The notes beneath the pieces were generated by a model. It was not told where the DNA came from. It searched no databases and was given only the letters and a program-made list of their open reading frames with translations. From contig JAEOSK010000002.1 in NCBI GenBank assembly GCA_016840405.1, positions 1 to 64,000 on the forward strand: a DNA stretch of 64,000 nucleotides, in the 5' to 3' direction. Position numbers and translations under genes: made by a program. Position 1 is the first letter of the stretch. Each line of letters starts with the position of its first letter. Below are positions 20,796-30,457 of the stretch, piece by piece. Origin of the DNA: Candidatus Hermodarchaeum yapensis. GTDB lineage: Archaea; Asgardarchaeota; Hermodarchaeia; Hermodarchaeales; Hermodarchaeaceae.

Positions 20796-22010
20796 TTACT
20801 CTTCAATGGGTATTTTCTTGCCGTTGATGTAGACTTCGCTTACTTCACTATAGAATTCGAAGGGATGTCCAGTCCAGACTACGATATCGGCATCTTTACC
20901 GGGTTCGAGTGAGCCAACACGATCTTGGAGGTTGAGTATCTCAGCGGGATTAATGGTGACACATTTCAGTGCATCTTCTCGGCTCATCCCATGTTTGATA
21001 GCATACATGGGAAGCAGTGGGAAGTAATTCATCGGTGTCAGCGAGTCTGTCTGTAGGGCTACTTTTACTCCAGCGTCATTGAGGATGACCGCTGTTTTAA
21101 AGCCACGTTCACGGGTTTCAGGCTTGGAAACCCACAACATAGTGGGACCAATCACGGCTGGAACTTTTTTCTTTGCAAGATATTTCGCGATTTTATGACC
21201 TTCAGTGCAATGAATAATGACAAGTCGTAAATTAAATTCCTCAGCAATCCGAATGATAGTGGCAATATCATCCGCACGATGGGAGTGAGCGTGGAAAGGG
21301 ATTTCTCGTTTCAACACCTTCACTACAGTTTCCATTCCTAAGCTTCGCTCTGGCGTTTTCGGAGGTGGATCACCTTTCTTTTTAGCGTGTTTGGATTTCG
21401 TTCCGTAGACTTTCCATGCTTCTAGATAATTCTGGGCATCAGTGAGGGTTTTCCGAATTAACGCAGCAACACCCATGCGCGTTTGGGGCATTCGTTTATT
21501 CTCACTTCCGTGAACCCGTTTCGGATTTTCCCCTAAGGCAATTTTGAGTCCTGACGGAGACAGTACAACCATCTCATCAACGACATTACCAGCAACGGGT
21601 TTGATGACGAAACACTCACCACCGATTACATTACCTGATCCCGGTCCTGTATTGATAGTAGTGACCCCACCACGGATTACTTCTTTGAGTGATTTTTCAA
21701 AGGGATTGAAGCCATCCATCCCACGCATTTCTGGAGTAATGGGCGTTGTCATTTCGTTACCGTCTTGGCCCATAGGTCCAATCGAACCGTCAAAGAGTCC
21801 TTGGTGGCAATGGGCATCGATGAATCCCGGCAGCACATATTGTCCTTCGACGTCAATGGTTTTTGCTTTACTCGGAATTGGGATAGACTTCCCGACCCCG
21901 ACGATTTTTCCTTTATCAAAGAGAACCGTACCTTTTTCGATGCGACCCCGTACGGGGCACAGAATAGTTGCATTAGTAATCGCTCTCAAAGTATTCACCA
22001 CTCGGTACAT
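20796..22010 (-). CDS. Amidohydrolase family protein
   Basis: PGFIDAHCH, LKIALGENPKR, HSHRADD, HCTEG and GSLEPGKDAD motifs. Confidence 0.92.
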   Translation of the reverse strand: MYRVVNTLRAITNATILCPVRGRIEKGTVLFDKGKIVGVGKSIPIPSKAKTIDVEGQYVLPGFIDAHCHQGLFDGSIGPMGQDGNEMTTPITPEMRGMDGFNPFEKSLKEVIRGGVTTINTGPGSGNVIGGECFVIKPVAGNVVDEMVVLSPSGLKIALGENPKRVHGSENKRMPQTRMGVAALIRKTLTDAQNYLEAWKVYGTKSKHAKKKGDPPPKTPERSLGMETVVKVLKREIPFHAHSHRADDIATIIRIAEEFNLRLVIIHCTEGHKIAKYLAKKKVPAVIGPTMLWVSKPETRERGFKTAVILNDAGVKVALQTDSLTPMNYFPLLPMYAIKHGMSREDALKCVTINPAEILNLQDRVGSLEPGKDADIVVWTGHPFEFYSEVSEVYINGKKIPIEE

Positions 22011-22054
22011 TGGTTCAAGGGGTTACGAAAAGGTTTGGGTAATATCAGACTTCG

Positions 22055-22672
22055 CTAATCCTTCAGCTTCTTCAGCTTAGGAATAACTGCACCCGTACGC
22101 CTTTGATATTCTCGGTATTCATCACCGAAACGTTTGATCAAATCCTTTTCTTCGTAATGAATGATAATGGGGGTGACAATGATGATCATGATGATAGCCC
22201 AGATTGTTAGGAAGAGCGAGTTCATGAAGAGGGCAATGATAACAAACCAAGGCATTTCACCAACTGTTTGTGGATGACGGATATAGTTGTAAATTCCTCC
22301 AAACATCTCAGTGGACTGGGAGGGTTCCATAGCTTCTTTTCCAGCATCGATGGCACCTTTAATCCAAATAGGAGTGAAAATCATGGCTAGAATTATTCCG
22401 ATGAGAATGCTGAAAAGCCAGATAGAGTGGACTGACCAAGCAAGTTCTGGGATGGGAAACCATAACCAGAGAATCATGTTGACAGTCATGACACCCATAA
22501 AAACGCCAGTGATGATGCGATGCCTTTTTGCCATAGTCCAGGCTTGTTCACCATGTTTTTCTGACCGAGTAACTGGTTGGACGCTAAGAATGTAGAAATA
22601 CCAGCAGAAAACTGTAACAATATTTAGAATTAAGAAATTACTCCAAGCAATAACTGACATCGGGCTCCACAA
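22055..22672 (-). CDS. Isoprenylcysteine/PEMT-like membrane methyltransferase
   Basis: GIYNYIRHPQ and EEKDLIKRFGDEYREY motifs. Confidence 0.85.
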   Translation of the reverse strand: MWSPMSVIAWSNFLILNIVTVFCWYFYILSVQPVTRSEKHGEQAWTMAKRHRIITGVFMGVMTVNMILWLWFPIPELAWSVHSIWLFSILIGIILAMIFTPIWIKGAIDAGKEAMEPSQSTEMFGGIYNYIRHPQTVGEMPWFVIIALFMNSLFLTIWAIIMIIIVTPIIIHYEEKDLIKRFGDEYREYQRRTGAVIPKLKKLKD

Positions 22673-22779
22673 TGGGAGTTAAACTCGTTGGTAATAATTA
22701 TTTTCTTAATACGACTGCTTCTTAAGAAAAAAGGGAGCGCCTGACAGGAGCCAAGCCCATCAGACGATATGATGGGTAA

Positions 22780-23175
22780 TTAGTCTCGTACTTGGATGAA
22801 GTATCCGATGAGGAAGAGGAAGAGTAGGATTGCTAGTGTAGAGATTAAGAGAGTCCCGGCAAGCATTGTATACATGGGATCCAAGAACATATGAACGACA
22901 GCGCCAATCAAACCGAGAATGCACCAGAAAATTTCCACTTCTACGATAATACGAACGCGTACCCATTCTTTTGTAGCCAATGCGAGCACTGAACCAATAG
23001 TCAACGCTAGTAATGCTGCACCGAGTACCCGTGTTGATGGGTCATTGAAACCCATGGCAAATAATCCAAGAAACATTTCTGGGATAATGTAAAGACCAAT
23101 GCCAAAGATTGCTCCTAAAACGATGTGGATTAAGAATGTGATCTTAAGGACCATGTTATATTCTTCTTTAGCCAT
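22780..23175 (-). CDS. Four-TM hypothetical membrane protein
   Basis: Likely ATG at 23175 after GAGG; hydrophobic helices. Confidence 0.65.
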   Translation of the reverse strand: MAKEEYNMVLKITFLIHIVLGAIFGIGLYIIPEMFLGLFAMGFNDPSTRVLGAALLALTIGSVLALATKEWVRVRIIVEVEIFWCILGLIGAVVHMFLDPMYTMLAGTLLISTLAILLFLFLIGYFIQVRD

Positions 23176-23306
23176 TCTTCTCAACTCCTCAGAGTGTGAC
23201 GAATGTAGACCAACTGTATTTGATTCTACTATATAAATCGACATTTATGAGCAAGTTAAAACAGAAAAGGAAATACAAAGCGATTAGAATTCTAGTTGAC
23301 GTTTGT

Positions 23307-24119
23307 TTAGGGATCAGCGTTATTGAGTCTAGCACGGAGCTCTGGGATCAGGGCCCGGATGGCTCGGATTGCTGGTGAATCGTGAGCAAAATCGATTGGG
23401 GCTTTGCCTTTAAGGTTGGCAAGTCGGATGGCTTTATCGAAGGGGATGACAGTCAGTAAGGGGATTTGCAGTTCGTCTAATGTGGACCTGATGGCTTTTT
23501 CATCCATCTCGTCCATGACTTTATTCGCAACACCAAAGACGGTGTCAACACTGATGTCTTGAGCGAGTTTCTTGATTCGGGCAACGGTGGATATCGATGT
23601 TTGTCCTGGCTCAACAACGGTAATGAGTGCATCCATTCCTCGTGATGTTCCGCGTCCGAGGTTTTCAATACCGGCTTCAAGGTCCATAACAAAGGCTTCA
23701 TCGCTTCCCACGATGAGGTGTCGGATTAATGCTTTCAAGAGGGCGCCTGCAGGGCACATGCATCCTGCTCCACCAATTGTAACGGTTCCGGCTACAAGTA
23801 AAGTGACGTTATCCGGCGCAGGAACACCAAATTTCTCTGCAAGATCTGAGACGTGTGGATTTAGTTTGAACATTCCGCCGTAGGTTTTACGGTCCATCCC
23901 CGTACGCTCTTCGACTAGTTCATCATTTTCAGTGAGTGGTATGATTTGTTCTGCTACATCGGGAGAGACTCCTAGCGCTGATGCGAGTGTTGGATTTGGG
24001 TCGGCATCAACGGCTAGGACTTGGATTCCTTCCTTTCCTAAGAATCGTGCGAGAGTTCCTGCTACAAGGGTTTTTCCGACACCGCCTTTTCCGGCAACTG
24101 CTATTTTCATCAGGTTCAC
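23307..24119 (-). CDS. cooC: CODH nickel-insertion ATPase
   Basis: GKGGVGKT, DADP, GCMC and DLEAGIENLGRG motifs. Confidence 0.93.
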   Translation of the reverse strand: MNLMKIAVAGKGGVGKTLVAGTLARFLGKEGIQVLAVDADPNPTLASALGVSPDVAEQIIPLTENDELVEERTGMDRKTYGGMFKLNPHVSDLAEKFGVPAPDNVTLLVAGTVTIGGAGCMCPAGALLKALIRHLIVGSDEAFVMDLEAGIENLGRGTSRGMDALITVVEPGQTSISTVARIKKLAQDISVDTVFGVANKVMDEMDEKAIRSTLDELQIPLLTVIPFDKAIRLANLKGKAPIDFAHDSPAIRAIRALIPELRARLNNADP

Positions 24120-24182
24120 CCTTTGAGCGTAGGTACTTGTTGAGTGTGCTTAAAGCCTTCGCCATTATCCAGACCGATGATA

Positions 24183-25466
24183 TTACTGGAATTGGGTGAG
24201 AAGGTGTGTTATTACTTGATGTTCAGTAGGAATGTTTTGTGGTGCTTTTGCAAATGGTTTGAGGGGGACTGCTACGCCGTCCATACGATAGACGGTTCCG
24301 TCGGCTTCTACTCCAGTAAGGGCGGTGGGAATAACTACCATAGATTCCCGTGTGGTCATGGTAGGTTGAGTAGATAATGAAATGATTGGAATACTTTGAA
24401 GCGATTTTGCGATGGGTCCTGGAAGAAAGCTGAGCGCATCCCATCCGACAATTAAGGCTGCATCAAACTCATTGTTTCGTAATCCCTCTTGCATTGATGG
24501 ATAGGGTTTTGGTGTCTGTGAAGTGAAATCAACTAAAAACGGAAGCCCAGTTTCTTCTAAGCTCGTTTTAACTACTCCTGCTGAATTACAGAGTGTGACC
24601 ATGGGTAAGATAACACACGGTCGTTTTTTCTTGTCAAGTCGGTTTGCGACCTTGGCTAAAAGGGGAAGTGTGTTCGATTCATGAGGTGCATGTAATAATC
24701 CATTGCCATAGAATATGGCGATATAATCCGCCTCTTTGATCTGCTTGGAAAAACTGAGAAATTCGATTGCGGGGACTCCACCTACCTGTTCTGGTGGGGT
24801 ACCCAGGGTGCCTTTAAGTTCATTGAGTAGGGCGTTGAGGAAGTGTTCATCACCGTTTCTTGGATCAAGAATGAGTTGATGGTTTGCTAGCCGCATCGAT
24901 TCAGATTCACGAATGTCAACAACAGCAATAACGCGGCTTTCACGCCCCTCTGGAATATTAGTACCCTTCGGGAATACCGTATATCTACTTGCATGCCGAT
25001 GGTGACTTTCTGCAGGATTCACTCCCCAATAGACAATGAAATCCGCGAAGTTACGCACATCCTCTAACGTCGCTTTTTCGGCTTCCCCTCCCACAAGCTT
25101 GTAGTCTAAGAGCCGTCCATATTCAAAGCTAGCTGTACTATCAAAAACGCCCTTCAGACGTTTTGCCAAGGTTATACCCAAGCTCGAAACTTCGGAAGGG
25201 CTGTTGGACCACCCCAACAATAATGGTCGTTTACTCTCTGAAAGAATGGATACAGCTTGTTCATATGCCGCAGATAACGATACAGCCTGTTGTTTTCCCG
25301 TTCCCATTTTTACTTGGGGTTTAGTCAGTCGGGTTTTACTTCGAATGGAAGCACAATAAGCGTGGCCCAATGTGCAGAGCCCTAAAGATTGGAGATCAGA
25401 TTTCTTGAGAGAAACAGCTACGTCATCGCACACCACTGAACAACCACAGCAAACCGTATCTTGCAT
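24183..25466 (-). CDS. fwdB: Formylmethanofuran dehydrogenase subunit B-like protein with degenerate active site
   Basis: CxxCxxxCDD..C, ADFIVYWGVNPAESHHRH.SRY and GTVYRMDGV motifs are present. The CH and RGH motifs are replaced. Confidence 0.85.
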   Translation of the reverse strand: MQDTVCCGCSVVCDDVAVSLKKSDLQSLGLCTLGHAYCASIRSKTRLTKPQVKMGTGKQQAVSLSAAYEQAVSILSESKRPLLLGWSNSPSEVSSLGITLAKRLKGVFDSTASFEYGRLLDYKLVGGEAEKATLEDVRNFADFIVYWGVNPAESHHRHASRYTVFPKGTNIPEGRESRVIAVVDIRESESMRLANHQLILDPRNGDEHFLNALLNELKGTLGTPPEQVGGVPAIEFLSFSKQIKEADYIAIFYGNGLLHAPHESNTLPLLAKVANRLDKKKRPCVILPMVTLCNSAGVVKTSLEETGLPFLVDFTSQTPKPYPSMQEGLRNNEFDAALIVGWDALSFLPGPIAKSLQSIPIISLSTQPTMTTRESMVVIPTALTGVEADGTVYRMDGVAVPLKPFAKAPQNIPTEHQVITHLLTQFQ

Positions 25467-25493
25467 GAAATCTTCGACTCCTAGGTAGTTGGC

Positions 25494-25961
25494 TTACCAT
25501 ATTTCAATGGCTTTCACATAGCAACCTTGCTCACACACCCGACAATTCATGCGTTCAGGGGGAAATCGACGACATTTTTCGAGGTTAATAATTTTTGCAA
25601 TGCCATTTTCAACACGAAACACCGTGTCTTCTGATCGCGCGGCTTTACCTGATGCCGTGTCAGGTTCTACTGTTGCATCGACAGGACACACCACCACGCA
25701 GTTACCACATCCTGTACATTTCGTCTCATCAAGAGCTACGCCTGTCTCCTCCGCAGCCAGAAGTGGAGTGATTAGCTCAGTGAGTTGATTACGCTGATCA
25801 ATGTATTGATCTTCTTCGAAAAGAGGTGTACATTCTTTTAACTCGACTTCTCGCAGTGCTAGACGCGTGGCAAAAGCCATGCAGGTCATCCCACATTTCT
25901 TACAATTAGTTTGGGGAAGAAGCTTGTATATCTGCATAGGAGTGAGTTTTTGATCAGCCAT
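25494..25961 (-). CDS. FeS domain fused to an FwdG-like ferredoxin
   Basis: LLPQTNCKKCG.TCMAFA..C (FeS domain), then CTGCGNCVVVCP and CRVCEQGC. Confidence 0.8.
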   Translation of the reverse strand: MADQKLTPMQIYKLLPQTNCKKCGMTCMAFATRLALREVELKECTPLFEEDQYIDQRNQLTELITPLLAAEETGVALDETKCTGCGNCVVVCPVDATVEPDTASGKAARSEDTVFRVENGIAKIINLEKCRRFPPERMNCRVCEQGCYVKAIEIW

Positions 25962-26131
25962 TCAATCACGACACACTCTTCATTTAATTTTTGAGGATTC
26001 TTACCCCTTTATCTGTTCGGTAGCAACTAATGCTTTGATGTAGAGATTGCCTTAATAATTAAATTAGAAGATAGTAAGGTAAGAACTGTTATAGCTTGAA
26101 AAGCAGCATCGAAACATGGTAAATTCGTGCG

Positions 26132-28582
26132 GTGACATCTTTGGCTAAACCAGCAACAAAGAAGGGAACAAAAAGCCAGTCCAAAACCATACGCAAGAAA
26201 CCAGGTAAGAAATTCCCACCCAAAACAGCCTTATTTCTCTGTCACTGTGGATCAAATATCAAAACCATCATAGATATCGATCAATTGAAAACGCATTATG
26301 AGAAACAGCCCAACATCGTGGTTAATGATGACGCTCATTTTTGTATTGAACAGGGCCTGAATCTGATTCGTGATACGATTCGAGAAAACCAAGTTGATTA
26401 TGTGGTGGTGGCTGCCTGTTCACCGCAATTGCATGGCGAGTTGATGAGCCAAACCGTTGAAGAGGCTGGGCTTAACCGGGGGCATCTAGTCATCGCCAAT
26501 ATCCGTGAGCAATGTAGTTGGGTCCATTGGGATAACCCAGAAGCTGCCACTGCTAAGGCTCGATTGATGATTGATGCAGCAATCAAAATGGCTGAACACA
26601 GCCTTCCAATTCATTCTATTGATATACCAATTACGAAACGCGTACTTGTCATTGGTGGAGGAGTTGCAGGCGCTACTTCTGCCATCCAACTTGCTGACGC
26701 GGGATACGAAGTGATACTGGTTGAACAATCAGGATTCTTGGGCGGACATATGGCCAAATGGGATAAACTCTTTCCGAGCCTAGATTGCAGTTTATGCATC
26801 CTCGGACCTCTCCTAACCCGAGTGGCTACGCATCCCAAGATTACGATGCTGACCCTCAGTGAAGTCACCGATATCCAAGGTACACCCGGGGACTATGAAG
26901 TCAAAATCCATCAAGAACCTCGATATGTAGACTTAGAAACCTGTAATGGCTGCAACAAATGCATAGAAATCTGTCCAATCGATGAGCCCAATGAGTATAA
27001 CTATGGGTTAGGCACTCGGAAGGCAATTATCCGACCGTATCCTAGTTCAGTTCCCCTGGCTCCCTATATTGACATGGACGCATGTGTGGGCTGCCAATCC
27101 TGCGTCGGAGTTTGTGAAAAGGAATCGATTCGCTTTGAGGATTCAGACCGGGACCATACTTTCAAAATCGGAGCAATCGTTGTCGCAACGGGATTTCAAC
27201 CCTTCAACCCTGAACACCTTAAAGAATATGGCTATGAGCGCTACTCAGATGTGATTACTGCCCCAGAACTAGAACGACTGTTGAATCCTTCTGGACCTTC
27301 TCAAGGAACAGTCATCCAACCATCAAATGGTGAACAACCAAGAAAAGCTGCTTTTGTGCAATGTGTGGGAAGTCGCGATATTCGAATTAGACGACCCTAT
27401 TGCAGTCGCATTTGCTGTACGTACGCAGTCAAAGAAGCCGTGCAACTAAGACTCGCCCAACCTGACACAGAGGTCTATATCTTCTATACTGACATGCGAA
27501 CCTTTGGAAAGGGATTTGAAGAGCTCTATGAACGTGCCGCACGCGAACATGGGGTAAACTTCATCCGTGGTCGTGTAGCCGAAATTGAAGAAGATCCACA
27601 AACCAAGAAACTGTTGGTTCGAGCTGAAGATACTGAGCTTTGTGAACCAATCGAGTTACCTGTCGATCTCGTTGTGCTCAGTGTGGGAGTCGATCCAGCA
27701 CCCACCAACCCGAAACTAGCAACCATTTTGAATCTTCCATTGGATGAGAATAACTTTTTCCTGGAAAAGCATCCCAAGTTGAATCCTACAGGAACATATT
27801 CTGCAGGCATCTTTCTTGCAGGGAATGCGCAAGGGCCCAAGGATATTGCGGACACGGTTACCCATGCAGGTTTGGCTGCGGCTCAAGTCTCGACATTACT
27901 ACACCGACGAAAAATATCTCTTGAAGTCCACGCTCCAATTCTCAATTCCCAACTGTGTGAAAGTTGTCGACTGTGTGAAAAAACTTGTGATGCAAATGCG
28001 ATATCCTTTGAGGGTTCTGATATTCCTCTCATCGATGAACTCGCCTGTACCGGGTGTGGTGCCTGTGTGGCTGCTTGTCCAACAGGCGCTTTGGATTTAC
28101 CTGGGTTTACTCGACAACAACTAAAGACAGCAGTAGACACTGCGTGTCAGAACAATCCCCTCCAACCTATTGTAATTGGTTTCTTATGCAACTGGTGCGC
28201 CTATGCTGCAGCAGACAGTGCTGGTGTCAATCGACTCCGGTATCCCCCCCAACTCATTCCAATTCGCGTCCCATGCAGTGGTCGTCTTGACCCGCTCCTC
28301 ATTTTGGAAGCTTTCTCTCAAGGGGCGGATGGTGTAGCAATCCTAGGCTGTCACGAACATGATTGCTATTATCGAACTGGAATGACAAAAACCAAAGGCC
28401 GAGTAGAAAATATGCTACCTATACTAAATGAGATGGGAATTAATCCAGACCGACTTTTTCTTGAGGGTACAGCAGCGTCTGAAGGAGGTCGGCTGGTAGA
28501 ACTCGTTTCAGATTTTGTGAAGAAAATCGCAGAGATGGGTCCTTTGGGTGCCGAACTGATAGTCAGCACGAAAAGTCGATAG
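26132..28582 (+). CDS. hdrA: Heterodisulfide reductase A fused to MvhD
   Basis: CHCGSNI, ANIREQCSWVH, IGGGVAG, QCVGSRD and YCSRICC motifs; C-terminal FLCNWCAYAAAD / PCSGR / GCHEHDCYY (MvhD). Confidence 0.95.
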   Translation: MTSLAKPATKKGTKSQSKTIRKKPGKKFPPKTALFLCHCGSNIKTIIDIDQLKTHYEKQPNIVVNDDAHFCIEQGLNLIRDTIRENQVDYVVVAACSPQLHGELMSQTVEEAGLNRGHLVIANIREQCSWVHWDNPEAATAKARLMIDAAIKMAEHSLPIHSIDIPITKRVLVIGGGVAGATSAIQLADAGYEVILVEQSGFLGGHMAKWDKLFPSLDCSLCILGPLLTRVATHPKITMLTLSEVTDIQGTPGDYEVKIHQEPRYVDLETCNGCNKCIEICPIDEPNEYNYGLGTRKAIIRPYPSSVPLAPYIDMDACVGCQSCVGVCEKESIRFEDSDRDHTFKIGAIVVATGFQPFNPEHLKEYGYERYSDVITAPELERLLNPSGPSQGTVIQPSNGEQPRKAAFVQCVGSRDIRIRRPYCSRICCTYAVKEAVQLRLAQPDTEVYIFYTDMRTFGKGFEELYERAAREHGVNFIRGRVAEIEEDPQTKKLLVRAEDTELCEPIELPVDLVVLSVGVDPAPTNPKLATILNLPLDENNFFLEKHPKLNPTGTYSAGIFLAGNAQGPKDIADTVTHAGLAAAQVSTLLHRRKISLEVHAPILNSQLCESCRLCEKTCDANAISFEGSDIPLIDELACTGCGACVAACPTGALDLPGFTRQQLKTAVDTACQNNPLQPIVIGFLCNWCAYAAADSAGVNRLRYPPQLIPIRVPCSGRLDPLLILEAFSQGADGVAILGCHEHDCYYRTGMTKTKGRVENMLPILNEMGINPDRLFLEGTAASEGGRLVELVSDFVKKIAEMGPLGAELIVSTKSR

Positions 28583-28651
28583 AACCGATTACCCTTAACA
28601 CCAAAGTTAAAAGTGAATCCAATATAAAACCACTCGACGACTCATAGTGAG

Positions 28652-30343
28652 TTGGAGAGATTGAGGAAGGGTTTAGTCTTAGTTATATCATGCCTTCTTT
28701 TTTCCCTTCTACTCTTAGCTCCACTCTTGGTTATCGCCACTGCACAATCCCCTCAGTCGGACCTGACAATGGGCGATGACGATCTACTTTGGAGCTTCAA
28801 ATTTGGAGCAAACGACAGTCAAGACGCAGCATATTCAATAATCCAGTGTGAAGATGGTGGCTATCTAATCGTAGGCTCATCCCAGCTTGAAGAAACAACT
28901 GATGTGCTAATATTTCGATTAAATGATGCTGGAGAATTGGAATGGAGTGATATCCTAACTCAGGAGGGGACGGAAATCGCCAAAGAGGTCATTGAATGTG
29001 AATCTGGTGGTTACGCAATAATTGGATACAGCCAAAAACAAGGGGCAAATGGAACTCTATTAGAGTACGATGCCCTCCTGATTCGAATTGCCTCAAACGG
29101 GACGATTGTATGGATTCAAACCATTGGGGATAATTCATCACAACAAGCGTATTCTATTGTCGAGTGCCAGGATGGCGGATTTGCTTTTGCTGGCTATACT
29201 CACAGTTCTGAAAGCAATAACTTGGATTTCTGGCTCGTTCGAACATCCAGCGAAGGACAAGCGCTCTGGAACAGAACCTACGATACCATAGGAAATGAGA
29301 TTTGTAACTCATTGGTTGAAAATCATTATGGAGGATTTGTCCTGGTTGGAAGCAAAGAAAATATAGATACAGGAGAACTGGATGGCTGGATCATTTGCAC
29401 CGACAGCATAGGGAATCTTCATTGGGAACGAATTTTTGATATGTCTGGAGATGATGTGTGTAACAAGATTATACGCAAATCATATATCGGATATGTCATT
29501 GTGGGAACAACAGAGAATGTCCCCGAAGGAAGCTTCGACGCTTTTGCCCTAAGTGTTCTAGCAAATGGTAATTTTTCCTGGAACTCAATCCTAGAAGGAC
29601 CCTATGAAGAAGAAGCCTATGACATCACTTCTTGCCAAAATGGTGGATTTGCCATTACAGGATACACTATCGAAGAAACCGAGTTTGGGATGAAAACACA
29701 CCTCTTGTTAGCTCGATTGGAAAGCAACGGAGATGTACAATGGAACAAGCGGTATGGCGGGATGGGTAAAGAAATTGGCTGGTCAATAATTCAATCACCT
29801 TCTCACGATTTTATCATCGCAGGGACAACCAAATCATACAACAGTAATGAACCTGGGATTAATGCACTGATAATACGTGTACCAGATGCTGAAACCGATA
29901 CGAATCCTTTCGGAGAACCTGGTCCCCCGAACTACGATTTAATTGCCTTTGGTGCAATTTTCGGAATTATCATTATTGCAGGGATGTCAGTGATCTATTC
30001 TCGCAGTAAACGAGAAATTACTGAGGTTGAGATTGGCTTCTCAAATCGGCAGCTTGGACAAACATTCTTGATCCCACGTACACTAAAAGAGGTCACATCA
30101 ATTCTTCGAGGAATCGTCCGCTGTCGCAAATGTGGAACAATTCAAAAAAGAAAACAGATAATCTGCAATCATTGTATTGCACTACTGCACAGGTGCTTGT
30201 TTTGCGATAACACAATGGATAATGAGGATTTAGTCATTTTTTGTCCGAGTTGTAGGAATCTTTCTCATGCACATGAAATGATATCTTGGCTGAAAAAAAG
30301 AAAGACTTGTCCAATCTGTGGATTCAAATTAAAAAAAAGATAG
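28652..30343 (+). CDS. Single-pass protein: beta-propeller ectodomain, TM, cytoplasmic zinc ribbon and RING-like domain
   Basis: Signal peptide; about 7 repeats of GG(Y/F)xIxG...G...W; TM LIAFGAIFGIIIIAGMSVIY; CxxC..CxxC; CLFC-x12-CPSC-x4-H..W..CPIC. Confidence 0.8.
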   Translation: MERLRKGLVLVISCLLFSLLLLAPLLVIATAQSPQSDLTMGDDDLLWSFKFGANDSQDAAYSIIQCEDGGYLIVGSSQLEETTDVLIFRLNDAGELEWSDILTQEGTEIAKEVIECESGGYAIIGYSQKQGANGTLLEYDALLIRIASNGTIVWIQTIGDNSSQQAYSIVECQDGGFAFAGYTHSSESNNLDFWLVRTSSEGQALWNRTYDTIGNEICNSLVENHYGGFVLVGSKENIDTGELDGWIICTDSIGNLHWERIFDMSGDDVCNKIIRKSYIGYVIVGTTENVPEGSFDAFALSVLANGNFSWNSILEGPYEEEAYDITSCQNGGFAITGYTIEETEFGMKTHLLLARLESNGDVQWNKRYGGMGKEIGWSIIQSPSHDFIIAGTTKSYNSNEPGINALIIRVPDAETDTNPFGEPGPPNYDLIAFGAIFGIIIIAGMSVIYSRSKREITEVEIGFSNRQLGQTFLIPRTLKEVTSILRGIVRCRKCGTIQKRKQIICNHCIALLHRCLFCDNTMDNEDLVIFCPSCRNLSHAHEMISWLKKRKTCPICGFKLKKR

Positions 30344-30457
30344 ACCTCTCCCATAGATGTTTGCATTAAAACAAGGAAGGCTTCTAGGACGGTAACAAGC
30401 GTTAAAGGTGTCCAGTTGGAATGTTAAATTAGAGTGCTTGTGTGAAGGTTCTAATTA

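Noticed and set aside
24183-28582. Selenocysteine in FwdB, HdrA or MvhD
   Set aside because: No in-frame TGA; HdrA and MvhD have Cys at the relevant motifs and FwdB has Glu.
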